The notes below the pieces were generated by a model. It was not told the DNA's origin and ran no database searches. It was given only the letters and a program-made list of their open reading frames with translations. A program made the translations under genes and the position numbers. A stretch of DNA of 63,971 bases, the filler included, from Rhabdomonas costata (taxonomy: Eukaryota), in assembly GCA_019059605.1 (NCBI GenBank). It is 34 parts of 34 records of this genome, joined end to end, with 100 filler letters (N's around TTAATTAATTAA, not from the genome) between each part and the next. Parts side by side here need not be neighbours in the genome. Positions count along the whole stretch, not along the records: positions 49,001 to 50,784 come from JAHMHO010009104.1; positions 50,885 to 52,668 come from JAHMHO010009105.1; positions 52,769 to 54,552 come from JAHMHO010009106.1; positions 54,653 to 56,436 come from JAHMHO010009107.1; positions 56,537 to 58,319 come from JAHMHO010009108.1; positions 58,420 to 60,203 come from JAHMHO010009109.1; positions 60,304 to 62,087 come from JAHMHO010009110.1; positions 62,188 to 63,971 come from JAHMHO010009111.1; 26 more parts are not named here. One strand, written 5' to 3'. Positions 49,470 to 62,622 of the stretch are shown piece after piece. Each line of letters begins with the position of its first letter. Position 1 is the stretch's first letter.

Positions 49470-50050
49470 GGCTTCACCTTCCACTCCACCTTGAAGTTCT
49501 TCCAACTATTGTCCTTTTTGGACCGAGCATCCTAAGACTTAAGAACAATCAGTGCTGGACCAGTGGTAAAAGGGTGATATGCAGCCCCAAGACCAACCCC
49601 TGGTGCTAAACCTGGGCAGCCAAAAAAATCCCGGCTAACCAGGCATACCAAGCCATCTCAAACCAAGCTTCCACCGCAACCCCAACCCTAACGCGAAGGG
49701 TACACTGGCCAACAGTGGGTACGCCATACCCCGCCGAGGCACCGCTCCGCGAACGTCAGGTTGGTCACGAAAGCAAAGCCCTTGGTGGTGTTTGCTTTCT
49801 CGCTCAGCACGAACTCCCGGTCGGACTGGGCTTGCGCTGCGTTGACCTGATTCATCATCTGCACTAGGATGCCGTTGGGCACCCCCGCCGTTCCAGCGAG
49901 GTACTCCAGAAATTTGCTGACCAGGGTCACCGTGCTTATCGCGGTGGCCTCCAGGTTTTGCTGGAAGACGTTTTCGGTCAACAATCCCGTGACCTGGGCG
50001 GCGTTGATCTGCCCCTGGCCGACGGTGTCAAGGTTCTGCTTGTATCCCAC
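49470..50050 (-). CDS. Spliced fragment of a possible Cyt/volvatoxin-like (cytolysin fold) protein
   Basis: Exon 50050-49743 ...VFQQNLEATAISTVTLVSKFLEYLAGTAGVPNGILVQMMNQV...FVTNLTFAER, then a 55-nt GT-AG intron, then VGVAVEAWFEM. A possible further exon reads DARSKKDNSWKNFKVEWK. The coding call is firm; the family call is by eye. Confidence 0.45.
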
Positions 50051-50972
50051 CTGGAAGGCCGAATGTGATACGAAGCACAGCACTGCAGCACAAACAAAGA
50101 CACACACGTGGAAACTTCAACCTCCGACATCCAAACCTCATAAGCGGACAAAGGGGACCCAAAACTGGCCAACCAGTCATCAGCAAATAGTCCCCGAGGT
50201 CCTACCCAGCTTTCAGCGATTCAACGACCGTTCACAAACCGTCCAACCACCCTTAACCCGTTATTCCTACCTCAGCCTCTCAAATGCACTCCTCCGCTTG
50301 CAGCGGCTCTCAGGTTTTTGGACAAAGACAACGATTCGCAGCTCATGGAGCAGCACACAACCTTAAATCTAAACCGGTCCCCACTGGGCGGAGCTCAAGC
50401 ACAAACGCGCTGAAGATAAATTCGTAACTCTTTGGAAATTCAAACCAAGAAGAGGGGGCGTGACACAGGAGCTGACCTCGCTGAGAATGCTGGCGACAAT
50501 GAAGGCCGTGTCCGCTTGGGCAGTGGCCTGAAACAAGAGACGAGATCACAAGTTGCAAGAGTGCGTGGTTGTGCGCTTGCGTGTCGAACACAGCAAACTC
50601 TGATGCCGGTGTTGATCTAACGTTGCACTTGGACCTGCAGTGAAGAGGCTTGCAGCAGGAACTTTCGGATTCTAACAAAAACCAGGAAAAGGCAAATGTT
50701 GACACTCGCCCTGTCACAAACAAAATTAACGGCACCAACGGTGACAGCAACAATTCCAAGGGAATTGTCAGCGGCACGAAACAANNNNNNNNNNNNNNNN
50801 NNNNNNNNNNNNNNNNNNNNNNNNNNNNTTAATTAATTAANNNNNNNNNNNNNNNNNNNNNNNNNNNNNNNNNNNNNNNNNNNNGGTGTGGTGTGTACTA
50901 TTTGGGTTGATATTTTGCTCTGCGTTTTGCTTCTGTGCATTTTTTTTTGCTCTCTGCTACTGAACACCTGAC

Positions 50973-52012
50973 ATGATTTTGGACGCTGTTCAAGAGATCA
51001 CTCCTCGGCTCCGAACACAGCCACAATTAGGCTTACATCGTATCTGGCTCCTCGATGCCTCTCCCGCATTCATTCAGGAAGAGACAGAGATGCAAAAGCA
51101 CGTATCGATTTCAGAGCCTCTTCATTTCGAGATTCGCCATTGGTGCAGGCTAGGATAGCTTTCAAAAGTGAACTGTTCAAATTTTTGGTGAACTGGGATT
51201 GGACCGATGTAGCTCGGATCGTGGCCCGACCACACCAAATTACAAACGTCCCCCCACCCATCCTAAAAATGAAGGACCTTCAAGAAGTCTTCGATCGCGG
51301 CATTGACATTGTCCTTCATCTGCTGCTGCAAGCCCCAGGGCTGTTCCGGAGCACGGTTTTGTCGTTCATGGTCTGCGTGTTGGGTGTGAGAGGAGAAGGG
51401 GGGTGGGGATACTGAACTTGAGCGCTCTGTTCTTCGTTTCTGATGCGTTCTTGGTGTGTATGTGTGCGTGCGTCTTCTCCGCAAGCTTGTAGGAGACACA
51501 CGTAGTACCAAACCAGTACAGTTGCAGAGTATACGAGCTAAGGACACTGCGACAGGTAAAGGTTCTTGCAGAGGCTTGCGTCCAGCACCGGTTCTGCCTT
51601 TGCTTGCTGTGAATGTCTGAGGAGCACCCATCTCATTTGCCAAGCTTGACTCAAATCCCCTTCCCCCTCCCCATTTGCATCTTTTGGTCCGGAAAAACCA
51701 TTCACCACAACAGGAGTTCTCAATGTTTCCCGATCACCAGCGGGCGGAACGCAGCGTGCCCCCACTCTGTATCATGAACAGTGCGAAAAGGCAGTTCCAG
51801 ATGATGGCCCCAGCATGTTTTCTCCATTCCGTCTTCTGTGCGTGTGCTTGCCGAACCTCGCACGTCTTGACTGCCCTTTCCTCATGCACTCCCAGTTCAT
51901 TGATCTTTCGGAGATCCCGGCGAACACCCCTGTGCAGCACAGCATTGACTTCGGGTTTGGCACCTTGACCGCCCAACTGCGGTTCACCCTCCCTATCACT
52001 GGCTCCTCCGAG
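50973..52012 (+). CDS. Multi-exon fragment of an unknown protein
   Basis: Exon-like segments ...EETEMQKH|GT...cag|ARIAFKSELFKFLVNWDW... and FIDLSEIPANTPVQHSIDFGFGTLTAQLRF. Confidence 0.4.
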
Positions 52013-55000
52013 GCTGTGCATAACCCCTTGGAGAGCCATCTCCGGACGGGAGTGACTCCATGCTAGGAATCTAAAAAGAAGGCCTCTCGGCTGCACACCA
52101 GAGGCGCCCCCCCCCCGTTTTTTCTCGTGCCTTTTTTTCGGGCTTTGGGTGTGTTTTCCTCTTTTCTGGGGCTTTGGGTGTTACAGACCCCACCAGCAAT
52201 CCCCTGTGCATCCCCTGTTTATTTTTTGTGTGGGTTTGGAGACTTTTGCTTCTGCATTTCTGCTGAACCTTTTTGAGCGTTTTTGCTCACCATCGGGGTG
52301 TAGGGTGTAGGGTTTCCCCAAAGGGACCCCTTTTCGGCGCGGAACGGGGTTCTGAGAGGGTGTATGGGTATGTACATTAGTGCGGTGAATGGTGAGTGCT
52401 CTTCGTTGCGATACTCTGCGGCCGGTTTCATAGGGCTCTGCTTGGTAGGTATGGGTTTGCTGTCCTTCGTTTTGTTTCCTTTTCTGGTCGTTTATTCAGT
52501 CGTCGCAACAACGCGGCGGCGTAAAAGATGGAAGTTGGGGGGCTCGGCGGTGAGCAAGCACCGCCCTGCGAATGAGTGTCCTGATGCAACCACATTGTAA
52601 TTGGACGGCGCAAGAAACAGTTTTTGTTTTTGCGGCTCTCCCTGCTTCCCATACACTCCGGTCCACAANNNNNNNNNNNNNNNNNNNNNNNNNNNNNNNN
52701 NNNNNNNNNNNNTTAATTAATTAANNNNNNNNNNNNNNNNNNNNNNNNNNNNNNNNNNNNNNNNNNNNGTTTGTGTGGGTTCGTCAGGTGGTGCTTGGAC
52801 ATGGGCTGCAGCCCTTGCGACTTTTGTGGCTCACTTCGTTCCCCGCTGCGCTTTTCACCCCACCGCGGCCTTCAGCACTTCCTCGCTCACAGCGTCAGTG
52901 CTGTGAACATTGGATTCCGTAATTGTACCCTATTAGCCGTAGCTAGGCGGCCACGGTCCGGGATTCTTCTGTCCTTGACCTCCAGCCGACCTTCTAATTC
53001 CAAACACGCACATGCGGGCCCCAGAGACTCCATATGGAGAAGCAGTCAGCGCATTGAATCAAAGGTCGGCAGCTCTAGTGTCCCATCTTTGGAGGAAATC
53101 TGGAGAGTGCAAAAAATGCACTAGTTTCAAATATTGTGTATAGTTCAATCTCTTCCAGTTGCGTGGACGTGGACAAAATGATGCTGATGTGATTGGACCT
53201 GTTCTTGAGGACAGACACTCAAAATCGATTGTTGGTGTTGGCTTTTTTGAGATCAGATGCCCCGACCAGGGTATTGATTGAAGATGCATAGTCAAGTGGA
53301 TGCGAAAATGATCAGAACAGGCGGGATACTGGAGCCACTCTTCTGATGACTTCCCTTGGTTGTTTGCCCCAACTTCGACCTCGCGTGGGTATGATGAGGA
53401 GAACGTTGCGCGGTCTTCGTCTGTCTCATCATTCAGTTTTCTAAGGGATTGGGTTTGAATTTGGGTTTTGACGTGTCCGTTGTCGGGAATCTTTTCGACC
53501 TTTGGTCGTGCTAGACAGAGCAGCATGCAGAATAGTGCTGAGCAATCATCAGGGAGTCATGTTTCCCCTGCCCTGCTTGCGAGCAACAGTCCCCAGAGGC
53601 CCGCATGCAACTCTGGAAGCAGCGGTAGCAATGTGTGGATGTCTTGCCCTATTAAAGTGTTTTTGTGCGTGGGTGTGTTTGGGTCGGTGTGCTCTGTTTT
53701 ACTGAGCGGCATTGGGTGAGCATCGCTCATCTTACTGCTACCTGGCGAACAGATGAAATCTCGGCGAATGTTCCGAACGTACCAGGGCATGAACCTGTTC
53801 GATTGATTGTGTGACTTGGGGGTTGATTGATATGGCCTCTGCCGTCTATGTCTCATAAGAAAACAAGGGATAGCATCTATAGTCGCACTTTCCAAACAAC
53901 CTTCCATCCCGCGCTTTTTATTCGAAGTTCGAAGGCTCGAAAGCGCCTGACTCATTACACGTGTCTGAGAATTGTCCTTTTGTCATAACGCGGACAGTTC
54001 TTTGGACAATGGCAAGGGGTTTTCGTAACCTTTCATATGGATGAAGATCCTTCCAAAGCCAATCTTATGCGCGTTCAATTTATTTCTGTGTGTGGGGGGG
54101 GGGGAATCTTCGGTGCCTGACAATATCCGTACCAGGGTTCCAACTCAGTGTGTGGGGTGAAATCGGCGAGATCCGTGGTGGTCTCAGGAACTTCCCTGGA
54201 TGATGTCCTGCGGCAGTACCTCCTCCACTTCGACGACACCATAAGCTACCAGCAAAGTCACATCGTGCTGGAGTGGCTACAAAGTGCTGCAAGGCAGTGG
54301 ATAGGCTCTCTTGAGAGAGCTAGTATGTTCAACGCACTCCACCTCCTCGATTTCTGCCCGGTTTGATTTGCTTTTGTTTTTACTAGAAATGCGATATTTC
54401 AACGGCTGCGAACCACCTCGTTACTTTTAAAGAGGCTAGATAGGCCCACCTGGTAGAACCCCAAGAACAGCGATAAGAGAAAGAACTGTTGCCACATAAT
54501 TGGTTCACATTGTGAACACCACATGACCGAGAAAGCTACTGAACAAACAACCNNNNNNNNNNNNNNNNNNNNNNNNNNNNNNNNNNNNNNNNNNNNTTAA
54601 TTAATTAANNNNNNNNNNNNNNNNNNNNNNNNNNNNNNNNNNNNNNNNNNNNGCCCCAAGCCTGTAGTGGTGTTTTTTCGGCACGGGGCGATGCCGATCC
54701 CTCCTGGAGCCAACGAGTACGTAGCCTACCCGCCTGGTTGCGTACAGCAGAAAAACTTGTCATGGCTGAACTGATTTTCAGCTAACTTAGCTTCACGCTT
54801 TTCTCTGTGTATAATGCACCCCCAGAAATGGAAAAACAAAAATATAAGAAAAGGCAACCCGTGGCGTGCTCTTTCGAGGGCTTTCTTCCTTGACTCAGCG
54901 AGTGTTTCACAGGCCAAAGCTTTTCGTTGAAGAAGTGCTTTTCATCCGTTGCTGTCTTTCTTCTTTGATGGGTGCTGCACCAGTCTCTCTCATCCGCGAG

Positions 55001-56593
55001 GTAATAATGGAGGACTTCGTTTGCGAAGCAGAAACATCCACACGACGGCGATACTGCAACACTGTCATATAAATATCAACTATTGCTGTCAATTTTGTGA
55101 TGGTTTCGCTGTACTCTCGCCTCTCGCCAAGCAAACACCACTCTCCAAGTCAAAGAAGAAAGCGCGAACGCCATCATGTGCGACCGGGGTTTGCCCCTCT
55201 CCCATTTCACTCACCACGGGTTGAACAGTTCGGTTCGGTGGTGCCTGTGGTGGCCATCATCACTTCTGCTGTGGTTGGGCGGCTGGCTTCTGGGCCTTTT
55301 TTTTTTTCGTAGAGAAGGGGTCTATGACCTCCGAAGGATAACCAACATCTCCTCCAGTTTGTCCCTGGATTCGCCCGCCTATGGGATGTGGTGTGCTGCT
55401 TTCTTGAACGCTTTCTCCCTTGATGACTCTCCGCTTCGCCTCTGTCCCTCTCCCGGTCAGGTGTCGTACTGCACAAGCACGTCTCCCTCGCAATATTCAC
55501 ACCGGCTCACACAAGGCCCACACCGGCACACATAGGAACAGTGATATGATATGACTTTCGCACCCTCACCGCCCCTTAACCCGTGTGGGTGACTACCTGT
55601 GGCAGGACGATTGCCGCTTCTACTAAATTATCGTTGTGCCCCGTAGGCATGTGGTTTTTGTGGTATGTGCTGCACATGCCATCCTTCTCTCCTGCTTGCA
55701 CTCTTGTGAAGAGCTGGGAGAAGGTTTCCCTCAAGCGCTTTCTCCAAGTGTCGTTGTACCCTTTTAGGTATGTAAACTGACTTTTGCACTCACACCGCCG
55801 GCTAACCCGCTTAGAGGTGTCAGTGACAACCAGTGGCACGGACGGTCGCCGCTTCCAAGTATCATTGTGCCCTTGTAGGTATGTGGCAGCTTACCTGCAG
55901 AGCTCGGACAACCCCCCGATCCAGCTGCTTGGGGTGTTCCACCAGCCCCGCCCCTGCCGCCTAGGCCTTGGCCTTCACCTCACCACGGTTAGGGAGGCCC
56001 TACCCCGGCTCTCCATGATGCACTCGTCGGAGTGGGTGGGTATTCCCACCGGGAGAGAAGGTTCTGGGGGCCTCGCGGTGGTGAGCCTTCCGGCATGGGG
56101 GGAGCTTCCGGTGCTTCAGCTGCGGCTGCCTGCGAACAGCTCCAGGCTCGTGCGGTTTTATTCTCTCTCCGCTTGCTGTCTACCTCCCTCATTTGCTTGC
56201 CACATCCCGCACTGCCTGGGTTCTACCTTCCGCGACGAAGCAAAGGCTGTGCTTACGATTCTCTTTGTAACCAGGATTGCTCTTACTTTGTTCTCGGGCT
56301 TCCGCCTTTGTGCTCACCTTCACCGGACATTTGATCGGCTTCGAATTTTAATTGTAGTTATCGAAGTAGAAAGTTCTTGCACTGCAATGACCGGTCCCGG
56401 GTAAACGAATGCCCACCCACCGCTCGAAAAAAAAACNNNNNNNNNNNNNNNNNNNNNNNNNNNNNNNNNNNNNNNNNNNNTTAATTAATTAANNNNNNNN
56501 NNNNNNNNNNNNNNNNNNNNNNNNNNNNNNNNNNNNTTGTGGTTCGGTGTGTACGCGCCGCGCGCGCGCGCACACACACACACACAGACACAC

Positions 56594-57321
56594 CCTCCCG
56601 GAGAGCAACCACTCTTGCGTGAGCATGCGCAACCCCAGGAAGACTTGGCTTAGGGTTCTGGACAGCAAACATCGAGTCCGGGTCATGGTTTCCGGGAATC
56701 ACTGTGACACTGGGGCAGATCGCCACCATGGCGGCAACCTGAGCCTCCACGGACCTCTCTGCGGCCAAAACCTTGGCCTCATCAGACCGATCTCGGCTCT
56801 CCAGCACCTCAAAGTCTCCTGAAAGGGCACGCGCAGGCAGGATGGCCTCCGGGCTCCAGATCATGATACAACCTCACAACCTCACAGACAGCTAGAGCCT
56901 CCACATCAGTGCGCGAAAAGAGCAGTATGCTCATTGGACACAGCGAAGTTGATGATTGCATGGGAACCAAAGTGAGACAAACCGGAACACGATGCACACA
57001 TCCACTACCAAAAACAATCATTGGCCATTATTGGCCATTATTGGTATGTTCTTTGGACCAGCAGGGCACGAAGAACGCGCTGATCCTACATTATGGGAGT
57101 TGAGGACGAAAAAGAGCACACAAAATGAAGTCACATTGCATGTCATTGGTCCCATGGACGGATGGAATCGAATCCATGCTTTGAAGAACACCTGGACTAA
57201 GGATGTGGTCCACGGTGACATTCCTGGAGCGCAGGAACTCCCCCACAGCGGTGATGACGGCCACGTTGCAGTGCGTGTCGCTTAAAATCAGCACAGTGAC
57301 ATCTCTGGCGAGATCTTCCAT
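56594..57321 (-). CDS. Calcineurin-like metallophosphoesterase (Icc-related), first two exons
   Basis: Exon 57321-57192 MEDLARDVTVLILSDTH...DHILSP-G and exon 56818-56594 GDF...VIPGNHD. The DxH, GD and GNHD motifs occur in order. Confidence 0.9.
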
Positions 57322-60300
57322 GGTTAGAAAAAGGACAAGCCGGCAAAAAGAAAGCTTGACTACAAGCTGTGTGTGTGTAACAAATGACAGGCAGACACAT
57401 TCTGTACTGCCCAGGAGCACCAAAAAGGAGACGACACATGTCCTTTCCCTGCTTGGGTTTGCTTTCTCCTTCGAGCAATTTATTGTTTTTCTGTTGGAGA
57501 CGTTAGCGTCCGCCCAGCAACCAGGGCATCTCCGCTTTCATCCCTTTCCTCTTTCCTTCGGTATTAAAGCAAAAAAAAAAGACCAAGAAAAGCTCGACAG
57601 CGATAACAAGGGCGGCAGGCTGCACTTGCCAGAGGAGCATCCCCACCCAGATGAGCCATCCCCCGCCATTCAAACCTTTGCGGCCATGAACAGGAAGCTC
57701 CGGTTGGGCACGTTGCGTGATCGCTTATTTGCTATGAGTTGTTTGCCAACCTTGCCATGAGCATCATGAGCTTCTGGTATCGGAATGTCTAACCTCGAAA
57801 TCTCCGGCTTCTGAGGAAGTAGCGGGCCATACTGCGAGAACAATGTTTACTCGATCCGAATGGTCCAAGAATGCAAAACCGATTCACAACGAATAAGCTA
57901 CTTTACAAGAGGGTTGGTGCGCCCATTCCAGCCAGGCATCAGGCGGCCGTAGGTCCACGAAGAGGAAGAAGTCACTCACCCAACTCCTCAGGAATGCATG
58001 TCCTGCAGGAAACAATTAGGATGGAGATTACCGCTTTGAACGAAAACATGATTTCAATGGCGAAAACATCATCAGATTATCAACGATCGCCTTGTAACCC
58101 CGTGCAAAGTTTTTCAGTGCCACCAGATGCGCATTTTTCGAATGGTACTACACTCTTTGGACAATATGTATGTGTATGTTGCCGAGAACGTGCAGTATGT
58201 GCAGTGAGGCTGCCAGTTTACGATGTCTCATGCGCGAAAATCAAGGCAAGAGCCATGCCGGGTCCAGGTATGATAGGCATGCACGGTGTGCGTTTGCTAC
58301 CCTACGGATCAACACAACANNNNNNNNNNNNNNNNNNNNNNNNNNNNNNNNNNNNNNNNNNNNTTAATTAATTAANNNNNNNNNNNNNNNNNNNNNNNNN
58401 NNNNNNNNNNNNNNNNNNNTTGTGTGGTGTCGGGCAGCGGAGCAGCGAAAGCCTTCCTCTGACCAACTCCATGCCCCGCCTTCTTCTCGCCGGCCCTTCT
58501 GTAAGGCAACCCCAGTGGACCGCACAGGCCACCGAATGACCCTGGCCGCGCAGCTCCGCGCCGACTGCATTGCAAAGAAGCTGGCGAAGGCCCGCCAGGC
58601 CCCGCCCATCCCCCGTGCACCTGACGCTGCCGTGGATGATGACGACGATGACTGGCTGCTATTCACCCCTCCTGCCAAAGCCACGGCTTCCGCTAGAGCT
58701 GATGCCGCATTCTCGGAAGGTCTGTTCTGGGGGAATGGATTACTGGGGGCTCCACCAATCTGCCTGCAGCAACGCGGCCGTTGACATCAGACCTCCTGAT
58801 GAAAATGACAGTGAAAGGCTGGAATTCCGATCACCGCAATACAATGCAAAACAATGATAATCATGCCTGTAGGTCAGAGGGTGGATCACGGCGGTTCCGT
58901 TGCTCCGTTCCCCCCACGTGGTGGCCTCGCACATCCTTCCTTTGAAAAACATTCGGACGTGTGTGTGCTGCTTAGCTGAAGCACAGAAGACAGCAGTAAG
59001 GTATTTCACCTTGGCTCTGAGAATCACAGTCTTTCTGTGGTTCTCAGAGCGCCTGGGGAGCCCATACGTCTTCGCCTTGCACACACCTTTCCTCTTGTGG
59101 AAGCACACCGTGTGTTGTCGTGCTTTCCAATTGCGCATTGCTTGTACTCAATTTCCCGCTTATCCCTTCAACCAAAACCCATTTGCTTCCCATTTATGTT
59201 TCTTCTGTTTGAGATAGCGGGATCCAGTCGAAGGAATGTGAGTATCACAGGAAGGTATCCGATTACGTCGGCTCTTCCATTTTCTCCATCCACTGCTGAG
59301 CTGCGTTCACTTAAGATAGTGCCTCGGCCCTTGGGTTGGGCTTGCCCACTTCCTGCTGAAACCTGTCATCGTGTGCCTCTTGAGGGGGTATGGGGGGAGG
59401 CATGCGAAGGGATGTTGCCCCCACCCTGCAGAGTTCAACTTTTATATTGGTGGGACAGCGACGTGTCCGTTTTCTTGCCACGCAAAACGATGTTCGGTCC
59501 TTTGCACCTCACATGGAGGCCAACACACACACACACACACAATTTTCTCATCCCCCGCGTCAACGCTCCGCCATTCACGTTTTGCTCCAGATCCGCTGCC
59601 CGTACCCGTGCCCGTTGCTCCAGGCCCGCCGCAGCCCTCCACCACCACGCTGGCCTGGGCCAGGTGGGGGGCAGTGCGGATCCAGTCGCAGAGGCTCTGG
59701 ATGCTCTGGGTGCCCGTCTGGTGGGAGGCAACTGCGCCCCGAGAAAAACAGTAATGGGCAAGGGTTATGGATGCGGTTGTGATTATGGAAATGGATCCGC
59801 GGTGAGGTTATGATCACGATGCATGGGCACGGACATCTTATGAAAAAGGTGCATACAGCCTCCGCTCAGCCACGCACAATTGAAACTATTCCTCTGCTGA
59901 GAGCCGTGTAACGGATGTGAAATGTATGCAGAACACAACACGCCGAAATCCACTGCCTGCCCTCCCCCCCCCACGGGTCCCAGGCGGTGATGTACTCGTG
60001 ACAGCAACCTAATCTAGGCGTTTCAGTCAATTTCGCTTGACGGACAGAGAAGGTGTGAAAACTCAAACTGGAGCATTGCTTCCAACATTGGTCATTTGCG
60101 GGAGATGTGATGTGAAACCACTCGTGCTTTGGCAGTAAAGCAAATCAAAATGCTGCCGTGGAGAATTCACACACATTATTTGGTGGCATAGCGACCCAAA
60201 CAANNNNNNNNNNNNNNNNNNNNNNNNNNNNNNNNNNNNNNNNNNNNTTAATTAATTAANNNNNNNNNNNNNNNNNNNNNNNNNNNNNNNNNNNNNNNNN

Positions 60301-60483
60301 NNNTTTTTTGTTGCGCACCCTTCGACACTCCTTTACATCTCTGCCCCCTCCCCTCATGTCTTGTCATCGTTCGAGTTTGGACACTGCGCGGCGCTGCTGG
60401 AACGCCACTGTGCTTTACATTGGAAGAAAACCATTCATAAAGGCCAAAAGGACGGGCATTCTGCTGAAGTCTCACCGTACAGC

Positions 60484-61768
60484 AGAGGTGCAGCCCGGGG
60501 CGCAGACCAAGGGTGCGGTCAGCGCGGGGAGCGCTGGTGGTGGACTGCCTGAAGCTGGGCTGGAGATCCCGTACATCAACCGCCGGAACCAGTGTTTGCG
60601 CAATCGCGTCTCCAAGCTCTTTGAGCAGCAGGTGTGTATGTGCGTGTGCGTGCGGGGGAATTCATCTCGCATGCCCTCGTCTTTTTGAGTCAAATGCTGC
60701 ACAACTTGCGTGTGAAAAGTTCTTGTGAAAGTTGGAGCGTGTTGGTACCTTAGGCGAGTTTTTGCCAACGCCTTTCCAAAGCGTATGTGCATTTTCTTGG
60801 GGTTGGGACGTTAAATAGTTTGGTTGGTCGACCCTTTTTCAAATTTAAATATTTAGGAAAAAATTTTGGTCAGTCTATTCAGAATTGCGTAAATGATCGG
60901 CACGGATGCTGTTCAGCGACGATGGACCAAAAGCGTAATGCGTGATACTGAACAGTGGTACTTTACAAGCTTTGCAGTACAACGCCGAGAGTTCCAAGTT
61001 TCCAGAGGTCGAAAAGAAAATTGAAAAGGAATTCTTAATCTGGTTACTCTCTCTGGAGCTTGCTGTTGGAAGGGATTCGTCAAAGCTTGTCAACCAAACA
61101 CAGGAGCGGCGGGCACGGCTGGCGCTTCAGGAGCTCCGGGCCATAGAGGCCGCGGCAGGGGCCCCCCTGAGGAGCCCGTCATCGAAACGGCGGAGGTTTG
61201 CAACAGCATCAGGGGAAGGCGCACAGGAGGTCCGCCTTCCTTCTCCTTCTCACTCACCTTCACCCCCCCATGCGCATACCCACGCAGCCCCGAGTAGAAT
61301 ATGTTTTCCTTCAATGTGGTAAATCGCTTTGGCCCATTGCAGAGCAGAGCGGGAGTTAAGCAGCCACTGAAAAGTGTGCGCTGCGGCGAGGCGTTGCGTT
61401 GCTCCCGTTCTTATCAAGGAGGTGAGGTGTACACTCCGCTGTAGCGCACCCACCAAACCCTCCTCAGCCTCGCTCACCGGCCCAAGCACACACAACCACT
61501 CGAGTGCCGCAAAACTGGGCGACCACCCACGCCTTGCTCGCAAAAGTTTTTGGTTTTCCTTTTCACTGCTCTGCAGAAGCAGTCTTTCATTCGCCTGTGG
61601 GTTCTGGGTTCTACCGGCGCTGTCAGTGTGCATAGCGTGTGTAACGCAGGTGGATTTTAGGCTTCCAGCCCACTTTCTGTTTGACGCGTCTGTTCAGGAG
61701 GTCTGGGCCCACCCCGCTCCCCGGAAGCCCTGTGGCAGCTCCTCCGCCGGGCCCGCTCCTGCCGCCGA
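60484..61768 (+). CDS. Exon fragments of an unknown low-complexity protein
   Basis: AG/GT-bounded GC-rich segments: ...LEIPYINRRNQCLRNRVSKLFEQQ|GT; ERRARLALQELRAIEAA...SKRRRF...QE|GT; EVWAHPAP...AAE|GT. Confidence 0.4.
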
Positions 61769-62622
61769 GGTTCCCCTCTCCTTGCGGCTTCTCAACATTG
61801 GCAGACAGGTGCCCTCCAGCCCTCACCCAAGAGTTGCTTGCTTTCAACGTGCTCTTGGATGCACGGTCTTGGGATGACGAGCCTGGCACAGGTGGTGTTC
61901 CATACGACGGGAGAGCAGCCTGTGTGTGGTGGCATTGCCTCGAGGGCTTCCCTCGTGCCGTAGGTTGGTTTAGATGCGTCAGGAGGTTTTGTTTTTCGCC
62001 GCTTCCTGGTTCAGTGTTTTTCTCTCGTGCTTGCTCGCTTGCTTGTTCTTGCTTGTGTCCAGGACCTGTGCTTGAACAACCAACCCCNNNNNNNNNNNNN
62101 NNNNNNNNNNNNNNNNNNNNNNNNNNNNNNNTTAATTAATTAANNNNNNNNNNNNNNNNNNNNNNNNNNNNNNNNNNNNNNNNNNNNGGTGTTGTGGTCG
62201 ATCCTGAATGGGAAGCGTGCCATCGCGGCGACACTGGCAGAAGGTCACGGTGGAGCACGTGGCGGGAGATGCACTTGAACAGTCATGGGTAAAAGAGCAT
62301 TGCTTCCGCTTACTTTTCCATGCTCTGCTTGCAGTTTTCGCCGCGGTTTGTTGTGGTCATTTTTTACATTCGGTTGTTGTGCTTTTCTCCGCATTTCTCT
62401 CATTGTGCTTGGACCTTCCTGACCGGACCCTTGCAAGAAAGGCGGTCACTGTTTTGTTTTTGTTTTTTCTGCCGTATTTCCTGCTCATTTTGTAGAGACA
62501 CACACTCTCGTCCACCCTTCGCTTCGTCCAGTCCACAGGTGACATTGAGCGAAAGAACACTTACCGAGAGTCCCTTTGGGTGTGCTTTGGACAAGAGAGA
62601 GAGAGAGAGAGAGAGAGGTAAA

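Noticed and set aside
52954-52986. NPGP on the minus strand (AGGQGQKNPGP) resembling a 2A ribosomal-skip peptide of a LINE element
   Set aside because: It lacks the required D-x-E-x-NPGP core, and no endonuclease or reverse-transcriptase motifs are recognisable nearby.
54148-54293. Exon VVSGTSLDDVLRQYLLHFDDTISYQQSHIVLEWLQ, faintly like a HECT C-lobe segment
   Set aside because: Too short, and the WFW motif is not conserved, so no family can be supported.
1787-62187. Regularly spaced TTAATTAATTAA repeats (about every 1.88 kb), resembling an array or nanochromosome boundaries
   Set aside because: Always flanked by exactly 44 Ns on each side. This is a six-frame-stop pseudomolecule linker joining size-sorted contigs.
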